Assembly (NCBI RefSeq): GCF_001194135.2 | Contig: NC_068992.1 | Location: 1,494,561-1,558,560, forward strand | DNA from: Octopus bimaculoides | Lineage: Eukaryota | DNA: 64,000 bases | Reading direction: 5' to 3' | Shown here: positions 51,909 through 64,000 of the stretch, one piece after another | Position numbering within the stretch: position 1 is the stretch's first letter | Layout: each line of letters starts with the position of its first letter | The notes under the pieces: model-generated | The model's input: only the letters and a program-made list of their open reading frames with translations | Databases searched by the model: none | Told to the model about the DNA's origin: nothing | Made by a program: the position numbers and the translations under genes

Positions 51909-54900
51909 NNNNNNNNNNNNNNNNNNNNNNNNNNNNNNNNNNNNNNNNNNNNNNNNNNNNNNNNNNNNNNNNNNNNNNNNNNNNNNNNNNNNNNNNNNNN
52001 NNNNNNNNNNNNNNNNNNNNNNNNNNNNNNNNNNNNNNNNNNNNNNNNNNNNNNNNNNNNNNNNNNNNNNNNNNNNNNNNNNNNNNNNNNNNNNNNNNNN
52101 NNNNNNNNNNNNNNNNNNNNNNNNNNNNNNNNNNNNNNNNNNNNNNNNNNNNNNNNNNNNNNNNNNNNNNNNNNNNNNNNNNNNNNNNNNNNNNNNNNNN
52201 NNNNNNNNNNNNNNNNNNNNNNNNNNNNNNNNNNNNNNNNNNNNNNNNNNNNNNNNNNNNNNNNNNNNNNNNNNNNNNNNNNNNNNNNNNNNNNNNNNNN
52301 NNNNNNNNNNNNNNNNNNNNNNNNNNNNNNNNNNNNNNNNNNNNNNNNNNNNNNNNNNNNNNNNNNNNNNNNNNNNNNNNNNNNNNNNNNNNNNNNNNNN
52401 NNNNNNNNNNNNNNNNNNNNNNNNNNNNNNNNNNNNNNNNNNNNNNNNNNNNNNNNNNNNNNNNNNNNNNNNNNNNNNNNNNNNNNNNNNNNNNNNNNNN
52501 NNNNNNNNNNNNNNNNNNNNNNNNNNNNNNNNNNNNNNNNNNNNNNNNNNNNNNNNNNNNNNNNNNNNNNNNNNNNNNNNNNNNNNNNNNNNNNNNNNNN
52601 NNNNNNNNNNTATATATATATATATATATATATATATTGTATGTATATACGGTTCACAAGTGAATGTCTGTAGACCGTAGCTAACCCATCATATCTGAGA
52701 GATGACATTCATCCCCACTTAAACATGGATTTCTATTAGAACATATTTTATTGCAATATCTCTTGTGGGTATGCTATTAAGTTATTCATGTCATATTTTA
52801 AATCAAAAGTACCAAATTCCATCGTATATCTTTGTACGTCATCAAATTTTAACATCCATCACTTCCAGCGTTTATTCTCTCCTTCATATTAATTAAGCAA
52901 TTATGGAAAGTATATTGACATAGTTGAAAACAATTAAACATTAGAAATATTAACACTTCTCTTTAATGTCTTCATTTTAAAACGTTATAAAGGTGCCAAT
53001 GTTTTTTTAGCTGATACGCTAAATTCTAGAACAAGTCGACAGCTTCCTAAGATACGCATGCACGTGATTAAATAGACATTTCACTGCTATATAGACAGAC
53101 AAGCAGACACACAAGGAGATAACATCATCAATAAACAGAAAGCAGGTATTATCTCTATTATGTTCATAAAATGTATTTAACGCATCTTGATATTTATTTT
53201 AGCACTATGAAGTATGGATCAGACAATGCTATTTCGCGTACTTCAACGCATGTCCAATTCCTACAAGGGTCATTTTAAGAGAATAGTTCTAATATTTGAA
53301 CACTCAAGAGGTATCTTTAAATAATTGGGTTCATAATAGGTCTATCTAGTCAAATATTTTAAATGTATAAAGAAGCTGTTTTTGTTTTTTCAATGAAACA
53401 TTTATGATAAACTAATGACAGGAATTTAGAGAAATGGGTGGAGTTGCGGAGAAAGTGGGATAAGATATTTCGTTATGGCTTTCATTTCTCTAACTTCAAA
53501 TCGCGTCGATATTAACTTCAGTTTCACCTTTTCATTTTAGATACAATATATACATTGAAAAGATTGCTTGCTACTAAAATAAGTCTTCTCGATGTACTTG
53601 TGCTTGAAACCAATATTAATATTTCCAGGATTAGTAACACCTTTACTTTGGTTGCGTACGACGAAACTTACTAGTGACCCAAGCGTCATATGCCAAGAAT
53701 AATTGTGAAAAATTCTTATAACATTTCTTATTGTATCCCCAACAAAAACAATTCTAAAACATGTCCTCAAACTGCTACAATCGTTTGTTATATATTATTA
53801 GAAATATATTCTCTTGTATATAACTTTTGTATTAAAAGTGTCATGTTCGTAAGCAAGATATTTAACGACCGCTGCATTTAAATATCCATATTGCAAAGGC
53901 AACACACAAACAGCTGAGAAAATATAGAATTCATCCATTTTAATTATGTGTTGAAAATAGTCCTGAGTTGGTGATGAGGTACATGCGGTTTTCAGGGAAA
54001 ATCCACCTGGTTACATTACATGAAATTCGTCTATCATTGGTGTTAACATTTGCTTTATTTTGTGAAAAGCAAAATCATGCTACACAATATTTTTGACTCT
54101 TTGTTTGTGTGTTTATGTGTTAATTTCTTCTTTCTAAAGTGTTTTATAGACAGACAAACAAAACTCTGTAAAAACAGATTATGTGCGATGACAAACCTCA
54201 GAAAAGAAGAAAAACCGGTTTGAAAAGTTGTTGCTTTGTCTTGAGGGTGTAATTTGCAACAGCATTTTACAGGGCAAATATCTGACAAACGTATATGGAC
54301 AGATCTAAAAGTGTGATTGAATCGCAAAGATGTTTATGAATACCTTCTATAGACTGCCGGTAAGAAAAAGAGGCTCAATGCAAATTGTTACATCACGCGA
54401 CATTATGAATTTATGGATACGTTTCTAAATCAGAAATTATACACGGAATAATTTGTTTGAATGTTGTGTTGCATTTGTTCAACAAATTAATTCTTCACGG
54501 TCGTTACGAATATTTAGAGATATTTTTAGTGATTCTCTAACATATATTTTGAATTAATATTCAATATCATTCGACCAATAACCATAAGCTACGATATATA
54601 GGACAGATATTTGTTTGTGATTTCTATAGCTCTGATAATGGATCTTAACGATGACTCGATTATTTATTATCTATGAATATGAGACGAAATATTTTCTACC
54701 CTTTTTCTAAATTCTTGTCCCTTTGGGGGATTCGATTTCTCGTTTTGTGAGGTTAATTTTCAAAGTGAACTTTGATACGTTACCATTTAAACAACGAAAA
54801 TAAACTGCTTATATATGCTTGTTGAAGAAAATATCAAACATTACATTAGACATCCTCAATATTGCTATAGTGTGTGCATGTATGTATGTTTGTATATATA

Positions 54901-54913
54901 AATATATATATTT

Positions 54914-54944
<31 letters not shown>

Positions 54945-55110
54945 CTTATATATATTTATATATNNNNNNNNNNNNNNNNNNNNNNNNNNNNNNNNNNNNN
55001 NNNNNNNNNNNNNNNNNNNNNNNNNNNNNNNNNNNNNNNNNNNNNNNNNNNNNNNNNNNNNNNNNNNNNNNNNNNNNNNNNNNNNNNNNNNNNNNNNNNN
55101 NNNNNNNNNN

Positions 55111-55170
<60 letters not shown>

Positions 55171-56026
55171 TATACATATATACATATATATATACATATA
55201 TACATATATATATAGGTATATATATTGCGTGTATGCATATGTGCATGAAACATTTGTCTTTAATGGTCGATTAAAAAAAACCATACACAGGGTCGATAGA
55301 AATATAGTTACAGTTTGTGTAAGGGAAAGAAGTAATACATTTGTAGGGGAAGGTGAAAATAGAAATGAAGGAATTTTACGGTACACAAACGTCAACAGAT
55401 TATTATTCTAACAAGCTTCTTCGTATATTTTAAATCATATATCCACAAGTGTTCGATGCGAGATAGTGGAGCTGCTTAAAATACATCACTGAGTAATTAT
55501 ATTACGTGATAGATATAGCATTGATTGCTGTAATAAAGCTCTCAGAATGCACATATTTACGTTGGATATGAAAACCAATTCATGCTTCTCCTTGTAATGC
55601 TAAATATAATAAGCAAGAGGTAGAGAATCTGTTGTTTCAACTCTCAGCACCCTTTACAACAATGCAGTCAACCATGATCTTACCGAAATTCCGTAACATC
55701 CTGTTTGATCGTAATATCTACAGCTTTGTTTACAGTTCAAATAGCTTTGTTATAAAAGCCGTGTAACTAATGCATCTAGTTTTATCTGTTTTATTCGATG
55801 TGGCAGTTATCGATTCCATGTGTGAAATGATAACTTTTTGAAAAGGGATTCTATATACACTGTGATATTGATGGAGTTCTTAATGTAATATTTATGAGAT
55901 TATTTAAGTAATGCAACTACAGCAAGAAAACCGGAAATATCCTATTTACAGCAATACTGTGCCAATAAGAACCCAACCTGCAAATGTTAAGCATAAAAGG
56001 CCCTGAACAAACGTCAATATTATGTA

Positions 56027-56272
56027 TTCTTCTTCTTCTTCTTCTTCTTCTTCTTCTTCTTCTTCTTCTTCTTCTTCTTCTTCTTCTTCTTCTTCTTCTN
56101 NNNNNNNNNNNNNNNNNNNNNNNNNNNNNNNNNNNNNNNNNNNNNNNNNNNNNNNNNNNNNNNNNNNNNNNNNNNNNNNNNNNNNNNNNNNNNNNNNNNN
56201 NNNNNNNNNNNNNNNNNNNNNNNNNNNNNNNNNNNNNNNNNNNNNNNNNNNNNNNNNNNNNNNNNNNNNNNN

Positions 56273-56312
<40 letters not shown>
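56027..56312. repeat. (TTC)n, gap, (TTA)n
   Basis: Directly visible on both sides of gap 56100-56272. Confidence 0.9.
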
Positions 56313-56313
<1 letters not shown>

Positions 56314-56869
56314 TGCTTTTGAATAGAAAGTTGTGTGACGTCTCTCACCAATGGATTTGTATATTTTTCTTCCTTTACTGAATGAAATGTTTCCTTCTTG
56401 GATAACATTCAACCAAGGAAGCTTACGCTGTCGTAGATTTGAAGTGAACAGCAATACTGACCTGGGAAAAGGTATAACTCTTAAATATTTAATATTAAAG
56501 ATATTTCGATACACGAATTTAAGTGTGGATACTCATTAATTTGCTGTCTTGGTGAGAGTTAATATCAAGAAATTATGTAGAACAAAACACGCCATAACAA
56601 TAAAAACAATTTTGAAAATTTTGAAAATAGAAATACAGTGAGTCAAAAAAAAAAAAAATGGACGAGGAATCAAATTATAGTAATTACAAAAATAAGGCGG
56701 GAATCTGAGTTTGCCGAACATGTACAAATAAGCGATAGAACATTCAAGTGTAAATAGGAATGCAGGTAATCAAAAACGACTCCACATGATCAGCATTAAC
56801 ACAAAAGTGTTTTCCTAAAATTTAGAATCATACAGTTGTATGATACCTAGATAAGTAATTTAAGTAAAG

Positions 56870-57095
56870 TTATCTCCTCGAGTCATACCGACTCATAAGG
56901 GCCAGAGTCTGGGTTTCATGGTGTGTACATTCCCCACCTGGACGGGACACCGGTCCGTCGCAGGATTACTCATTTTTACCGGATTAGAGCAACGTGAAAT
57001 GAAGTGGTTTCCTCAAGAACATTAAGCCCGGTCAGGAATCGAAACCGCAATCTTATGATCACGAGTCCAACAATATAACCACGAAGCCACGCACC
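56870..57095 (-). mobile_element. tRNA-headed SINE, family C
   Basis: Reverse complement has A-box-like TGGCTTCGTGG, B-box-like GGTTTCGATTCC, then CACTTCATTTCACGTTGCTC and CCTGCGACGGACCGGTGTCCCGTCCAGG. Confidence 0.8.
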
Positions 57096-58214
57096 ACTAA
57101 TGATACTTGGGTTGACTCTCTGAAAAACATTATGCTTATCTGCAAAAAAAGAATTGTTGAATTATGTAAAGAAGAGCGGGGATGCACCTGATGAGTTGGG
57201 GGTAATATTTTACCACAAAAATACAAAAGAAAAATAAATAATTAAACAGCAATCGTGAATGGCACATGGAGCGGACATCCGTCTTACAATGTGGCTGATT
57301 TTGTAAAGCAGGGTTCATCACTGGAGTGACCTTTAATGTTATGTCATCGCATAGGTTCTATATGTATATACAGCTCCTGAAATACCTCGAAGATCTCAAT
57401 ACTATTTCTGTGACGTCATGTAAAGAATTCGAAAGATTGATCTTAAGATGAATATTTCAGGTGAGAAATATGTCATATACTTGATAGCAAGCGTCACTTG
57501 AATTCATCCCCTTCTAAGGGACAAGAAAGAAAATTACATAAAGAGGAAGAAAGAAAGAAAGATACACAAAAGTAGTATAAGCAACAATCATAAGCGCGTT
57601 CTAATAGCGCAAGAAGCATCAGTCTACAAATCGAATAATGACTGGCAAAGAAACTTCACTTCCGTACGTTGAGGCGGAATGACACTGGGGAACAAACGCG
57701 AGCTTGTGATGAGAGCAAAAACCGTCACAGAAGAGAAACATGAAATTATTCGGAATTAGTAATGTTTCCGCTTATCATGTGGTTACATTATTATACTTAA
57801 CTGCCAAATTATCATCAGGAATGACCTAAAATGGTCGAAGTAGAAAACAGACTAAACTTTAAGAAGACAATGGCTAAGAGAAGGTCACTAATCGAAATAT
57901 ACCAAGATATAGCGATATAACGTGGGCGAAATTCTGAGACATAAATATCAATACCTGTTACAGAATTTCAGAGTGTAGAACGTGTCTAAAATCCTGATTA
58001 CCTAATCAATTCAGCATTGAAATTATTGTATTATAGAGTATCATTTACGTTTCTAGTTGAAATGATAATGATGTTTTGTAGACAAGAGCAGAATTTTGAG
58101 TTAAAGTAATCCCTTTCAGAACGGCAGGTGGCAATGTCCAATCGAAACTAGTTAAAACATGGGACGAGATATCACTTTTCATAGATTCGATTTGATCAAT
58201 ATCTCATGAGTGCA

Positions 58215-58303
58215 AGGTAGCAAGCTGGCAGAATCGTTAGCAAGCTGGGGAAAATACCTAGCGATATGTTGTCTGTCTTTATGTTCTGAGTTCAAATGCT
58301 GCC
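58215..58303 (+). mobile_element. SINE family A, 5' fragment
   Basis: AAGCTGGCAGAATCGTTAGC...GTCTGTCTTTATGTTCTGAGTTCAAAT matches 33775-33851. Confidence 0.8.
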
Positions 58304-59230
58304 GTGTTGCTTTGTCTAGGTTCACCTTCAGCTCAGTCTTCACCGGGTTGACCGCTTTCCATCCTGTTCATGCAATTCATGATCTCTCATTCTCTATCTC
58401 TCGCCTCATAGTCACTTCTTGACCGCGATACACATAGCTGGTCACCTCTTCTATATCATCGCCTCCGACTGTTAGGCAACCCATTCTTACTTCCTCCGTA
58501 CATTTGATCTTCAGGCCAACCGACAAAACCTTGAAATCCAGTAGTTCGTCCAGCATGGTCTGTATCTGATCGGTGCTAGCCGCTATCGGAACTATGTCGT
58601 CAGCGAATCTTAAACTGGTGAGAGGCTCTCCGTTTAACCTGATGTCACCGTTCTAGTTCGTGTCACGTATGACCATTTCGAGATACGTCGTGAAGAGATT
58701 AGGAGAGATGGTTCTTCCTTGCTTGACACCGTTCCCCACCGGAACATTCACTGGTGAGGATAACAAGGGCACTTTCGCTGTACACACGGTGTTCACATCC
58801 CTCAGGAGGGTGACGCTCAGGAGCGTCGTCAAACCTTGTTTCCTGAGAGCTTGCAGGGCTGCACTGATTTCGACATTGTCGACGCCTTTCTCACAACCCA
58901 TGAACACAATGCAGAGACAAGCGATACTCTCTCGCTCGTTTCAACAACTGTATTAGAGTGAGTATATGATTTCTATTGTTACGCTTCTTTCTAAAACATG
59001 CTTGTTCTCTTGGTTTCTGCTCATCCACTTGTTAAGATAATGGCTTGGCGATTATCTTCGCGAACAGCTTGTAAATATGAGACAATAGGCAGATAAGGAC
59101 GATAACTCTTAAGATGTTCCTAATCGCCATTTTTGTACAGCAGGATCGTGTTCCACCTTTTCTTTTATTGGAAAACAGGGTTGTTATGTGCATTAAATGA
59201 GCGGATGGATAACTCCCTGATGCGTGTCTG
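58304..59230 (-). mobile_element. RTE-clade LINE reverse transcriptase relic
   Basis: Broken frames give SYRP/LLSHIYKLFAKII, QKPREQACFRK, GVKQGRTISPNLF, NGEPLTSLRFADDIV, VGLKI and GWKA. Multiple stops and frameshifts. Confidence 0.9.
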
Positions 59231-60649
59231 GTGGGGGGTTTCTCAGTGGGTAAATCATGCAATAGGAAAGAATTTTATCGACTGCATGCAAAATAGATGA
59301 TTTTGTATGCTTCTAATAAAACTTCCATTCCCATGAAATTTTCTATGGAAACATCATTTGTAGACATATTTTGTATACAAATAGAATACTTGTGGTGATA
59401 ACTGTATTTTGAGCATGCATCCGCAAAAATTGCCTGCTTGCATAAATTAAATAAAATCAGGATCTTTCTCAAATTTCCGACATGTCATACGTATAATCTT
59501 AATCAGCGTCACCACCATATTGAAGTATCTAGAGGGAGATGAAAATCGAAAAGAAAGCAGATAATTGTGAAGGAAATATTCCTTATATAAAACCCATGTA
59601 AAAGTCAGAATAAGAAAGAAAAGTAAAAGTATGTGACAAAGTAGATGACAGCATAAAAGTAAATGTGATTCGATAAAAGTGAAAGATAAAAAAATTGTAA
59701 TAGAATAAGTGAGAGAGATAAGAGGCAGAAAGACTTGAAGTGACAAAGCTTACATTGAAAATCAGCAAGATGAGTGGAATAGTAAAACAACTGTGCGGTA
59801 GCAATGGAAAATTAACGATAGCTACATTGAAACCAGTGTGAGAAAGAAGTTTGAAATATTCTCAAATATAAACTTTCTAAAGTGTATGATAAATAGATAA
59901 ACAGATAGACATATAGATAGTTAGATTTAGATATGTATACAGATATATCATCATTTCTCCTCCACTACACATCATTATTTTAATCTGACAATTTTCATTA
60001 TCTACATCAAAGGGTAAATATGATATTTCTGAGTCTACCATACACAATTCATTCGACTTTCTTTGTGTCTAGTCTGTGTCTCAGATAATATCAGAGTATC
60101 TTTAATTTAGGAGACACATGTAATTTTTCCTGGAAGAGCTCTTAATATACGACTTTTACATGTTATTTCGACAGTGAAGATATAAATTCGAGTCTCACAT
60201 TGATGCAGTTTGATCTCAGACTGAGAATAATAAAATGAATTACTATGTCGTTTAACACTCACTTCAGCATTAACTTCACCGTAATATGAATATAAAATTA
60301 TTTTGTTTTATTTTTTTGTTATTACAATATTTATATCCTCCTTTGATTAGGTTTCAGTCTGCAAGAGATTGTAACATAGTAGAATTTTGCATGGTCTTCC
60401 TCACTAAACAGATTTAGGTTGAAAAATGACAATTATAATTTTTTTTGTGTTCCATTTTTCTCAAAACGATTTGTAGAAAATGCGTTCGATCTTTAATTCC
60501 CTGTCTAACTATTGCCCCCTTTCTCTCTGCTCCACTCACTTTCAGTGTGTGTCTGCTTTTAACTCTCACTTCTGCTTTTCTTTCTCTACTTCTCATTCCT
60601 CCTAATAGAAACCTCAGTTACATGTAATCACAGAATCAAACTATTATTA

Positions 60650-60715
60650 CAATAATCCCACGCGGGTGTTACGTTCCAAATCCTCCCGCGATTGATGAAA
60701 ATCCGCGAAGTAGAA
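60650..60715 (+). mobile_element. Tigger/pogo-like transposon terminal fragment
   Basis: TA followed by CAATAATCCC..CGCGGGTGTTACGTTCC...CCCGCGA..GATGAAAATCCGCGAAGTAG resembles Tigger-type 5' ends I recall. No matching second end was found. Confidence 0.5.
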
Positions 60716-60805
60716 ACAGTACTGTACTATTTTTTTTCTATTATTGTTTTTATAATGTGTATATATCTATTCTATTCTAAATACAAAACAACACCAATGA
60801 GGAAA

Positions 60806-60829
60806 ATAATAATAATAATAATAATAATT

Positions 60830-60860
<31 letters not shown>

Positions 60861-60883
60861 TAATGATGATGATGATGATGATA

Positions 60884-60918
<35 letters not shown>

Positions 60919-60930
60919 AATAATAATAAT
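60806..60930. repeat. (AAT)n(GAT)n microsatellite
   Basis: Directly visible. Confidence 0.95.
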
Positions 60931-61134
60931 ATGGTATACAGAGTGTGAGAGAGAAAGAGAGAGTGTTTCTTTTCATCAATGATTCGTTCCGCATTCTGCT
61001 GTTTTGAGCAGCCCACCATGGGGCGAAACTCTCAATAGACTTTGAAGTGTTGATATAATGAATATGTCTATGTTCTCTCTCACTGAGTTCGATATCAGAT
61101 AAAATCTGCATTTCGTGTATACATTTGTAAATGT

Positions 61135-61210
61135 ATTTCATCCTTTCCGGGTCGATAAATTAAGCACCAGTCAACTGCTAGCCTTGTGCCAAAATTTGAA
61201 ACCAATATTG
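61135..61210 (+). mobile_element. SINE family A-like 3' fragment
   Basis: TTTCATCCTTTCCGGGTCGATAAATTAAGCACCAG and GCCTTGTGCCAAAATTTGAAACCAATATT match family A, including the tail seen at 36200. Confidence 0.65.
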
Positions 61211-64000
61211 TCGTTAGTGTTAAGATGTGTTTGGCTGTGAATTCAGATTTAATTTCGGAGCTGAATACGTAACATATATGAAGTGTCAATGTTAAATTTT
61301 CTTTTGTACGCTGCTACTAATAAATCTTAAAATCTTCCAATATTCATAATTACATTTACCCACTCGTCTACACGTGTACACATACACAATGACCAGCTTT
61401 CAAATAATTATGAGTTCAGCTCGTCTCCAGATATTTCCCAGTTTCATATATATTACATTATTTAACCTGCTTGAGTTTATTATCTCCGAAAAGATAATAA
61501 ATTACATCTACGTTATAGTTGAGTCTTACAATATTATTAATTCCTATTCTGTTGTGGCGTATCTCTCTTTCTGGTAATATAATGATGTCTGTTACGTTAG
61601 AAGTGAACTCGCACCTTGTTCGGAACTGGTTACAAAATATGAAGACCTCACATATATCATGAAGTGAATTGAAAAACGCTGGACTAATTGATATTCATCA
61701 GACTGTCAGAAAACAGAAACTGACCCAAGATATTTTAAAAAGAAATATCGTCGAATATATCTTCAACATGAGCATCTGGTACAAACGCTTATTCAGTGCA
61801 ATTTCAAATGCGATGCAAATTCAAATCCGTTCTTCAAATGTTTGGAACCGATATGTTTTGGTCTTATGAAAACCCTTCAGCGAAGCGCATTCTTCTCCAT
61901 AATCACTACTACAATGTTATTGGTATAATAGAACGGTGTTATGAGAAAGTCACTATGAATATGAACACTATTGCCGGATTAAAAATACCCTAGTGAAACG
62001 TTCTAAATGCTAAGTATACATACGATAAGATCACGCTTAAGGATTGGGCATATTTGGGCCTTCTAACTACATAAATAACATCCGTAAATCGAATATTTGT
62101 AATTAATAATATAGAATATTTGAGTCCCTATCTGATGTTTATTTTGAAGACATAAAACTCCTGTATATCTTCTCTCTGTTGAATTGATGATCGTTATATA
62201 AAACTGCTACTTATTTTATCGATTGCAAAGAGAACGAATTTAGTTCACTCGTGGTGTAATTTGGAGTAAACACAAGAGAATCAAACAGATTTGCGAGATA
62301 TTTATCGAGAATATTTATATTCACGTGGATTTACTACTAATTCCATCATAATCTTCTTTGTTTCATCTCATCAGAAATTTAGGATTTATATTAGGCTGTA
62401 AGACAGCGTGCAGTGGGTTGGTCACCTAGTTTTGTAGACTAGGAGGTGATCTATATACCTAACACTCAGTATAAAGAGCTGTAGCACGACGTAAACACGT
62501 GGAAGAGAAAATGGATTCAATATAGAGTGGTTTGCATGTGAAATCTTTGGAGAAAATTGGTACTCTTTAGGTCTAAGCATCGGTGATATGTGAAGAATAT
62601 ACATGAGAGGAATAACAATGAATGCTGTTGTATCTCTTGTGCCAACATATACGGAGTGAAAATTATTGGGAAATAACCGGTGATTTAACTGCAAGATATA
62701 AATGGCTGATGTAGGTTAAATATCATTTCCTTTTGTAAATGTGTCATCTTCCGTGAATAACATACAAAATACGTCTTAAGTCGATCTCGCTCCAGAGACA
62801 GCGTTTCATAGGACATGGAAGAAAGAAGACAACAAATTGTTTTGGAAAATATGATGGTCAGCAACATATTTAATATACGTATTTGCAATAAGTCGATATT
62901 TAGTTGAGATACATCAATCCCTCACTAAGAAAACAATTGCGCTCTCATACTAGTAGGAAACAATGAAAATCTCGACGAGGTGAATGAATATGGTTGTTTC
63001 TAAGAGTTAAAAATGGAAGCGGGAAACAAATGTGGAATATTTCTGTCAGTTTAGGGTAGAGTTGGGGGATATAAGAAAGAGTGATTTAGTTAGTAGGGAT
63101 TCTCTTTCAAAGTAACCATATAACATTTCGATATGGGTATGCTTGCAGATCGGGTGATACAGGATGACATATTTTGCGTTTAGAATGTTCGACTTTCAAC
63201 TAATCGAGTGTGTAAAAACTACTCCGACGATAGGGCTAGGTATATATTCTTTTTGCTGTTGTTTGCTGCGCTATTTAACCTGTAATTTGCCAGTGCGTTC
63301 CTATGCCTACTAAATGACTGAGCAAATGCTATAGACTTCGCATGTGCGTGTAATTGGAACGGATGCAGCGAAGAGAATTGTTATTTTCTTTTTATTATTG
63401 ATACGAATGATTCAGGGTGGCAACACATTTAAAGTCAGATAAATCTCTACATTGGAGAATATACGGCCAATAAGCTGATTACGCCCTGTAAGTTACTTGA
63501 TAATCAACAATTGAGCACTGACAACAGGGCGCTTGATGTAACTGGTCTTATATAATTTGGATAGTCAGCGTATTCTTTTAAAACAAGATCCGCAGAATGT
63601 TCACATCAAAGTTGTTGAGACTGAAACACAAAACCATACTGCAGCAATGTATAACTATAATTTGACGATACATGAAACTAAATAGAATCTATTGAAATCT
63701 ATTCACTAATTTCACATGTATTATTTCACAAGCATTAAATGATCCTCTCAATGTTACACTCTACAGATATAAGTGCTACTAAAATCACACGTATTGTAAT
63801 GTCTTCCTAATATGAACATTATGCCTGCAATGGGGCAAAGGCATATAATTAGTGATCCGTAAGGCAATAGCCTAGTCTCATTTTCATGTAGAAAGAGATC
63901 TGTAGAATTCAACGATGCTTTGATTGCTGTTACAGTTTACGAATATATATTTTTCTTTTAAGCTTCAAACCTGAATATGACTGTATTCATTCCTGCTACA

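Noticed and set aside
55946-56002. Minus-strand hydrophobic 18-mer GLLCLTFAGWVLIGTVLL
   Set aside because: Too short and closed by a stop.
59447-59530. Strong minus-strand pyrimidine tract and AG followed by 27 codons
   Set aside because: No upstream exon can be linked; the tract may simply mirror the purine-rich plus strand.

Overview
This is AT-rich, repeat-dense eukaryotic DNA with 13 N-gaps, most flanked by microsatellites, as expected for a short-read assembly. The tRNA-headed SINE families and extreme microsatellite load look like a coleoid cephalopod, probably Octopus; this is recognition by eye, not a search result. No host protein-coding gene can be called with confidence. Almost all long ORFs in the track are artefacts of N-runs, microsatellites or repeats. 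Supportable content: two internally deleted mariner relics with both TIRs, a Chapaev3-like (CMC) transposase relic, an RTE-type reverse transcriptase relic, two R4/Dong-like restriction-like-endonuclease LINE fragments, a Tigger-like end, about 20 SINE copies or fragments in four families (my labels A-D), an unclassified repeat (E) and many simple repeats. The most interesting signal is a set of minimal type I hammerhead ribozyme motifs in two different Penelope-like repeat families (3898-3943 minus, a decayed copy at 2691-2737 minus, and a core variant at 20146-20181 plus). All carry an extra A after CUGANGA, and the two intact copies have a palindromic ACGU stem III that implies dimeric cleavage. 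Hammerheads in Penelope-like elements are a known class, so any novelty would be lineage- or family-specific. I found no evidence of a wholly new multi-gene system. A few low-confidence exon-like segments are flagged.
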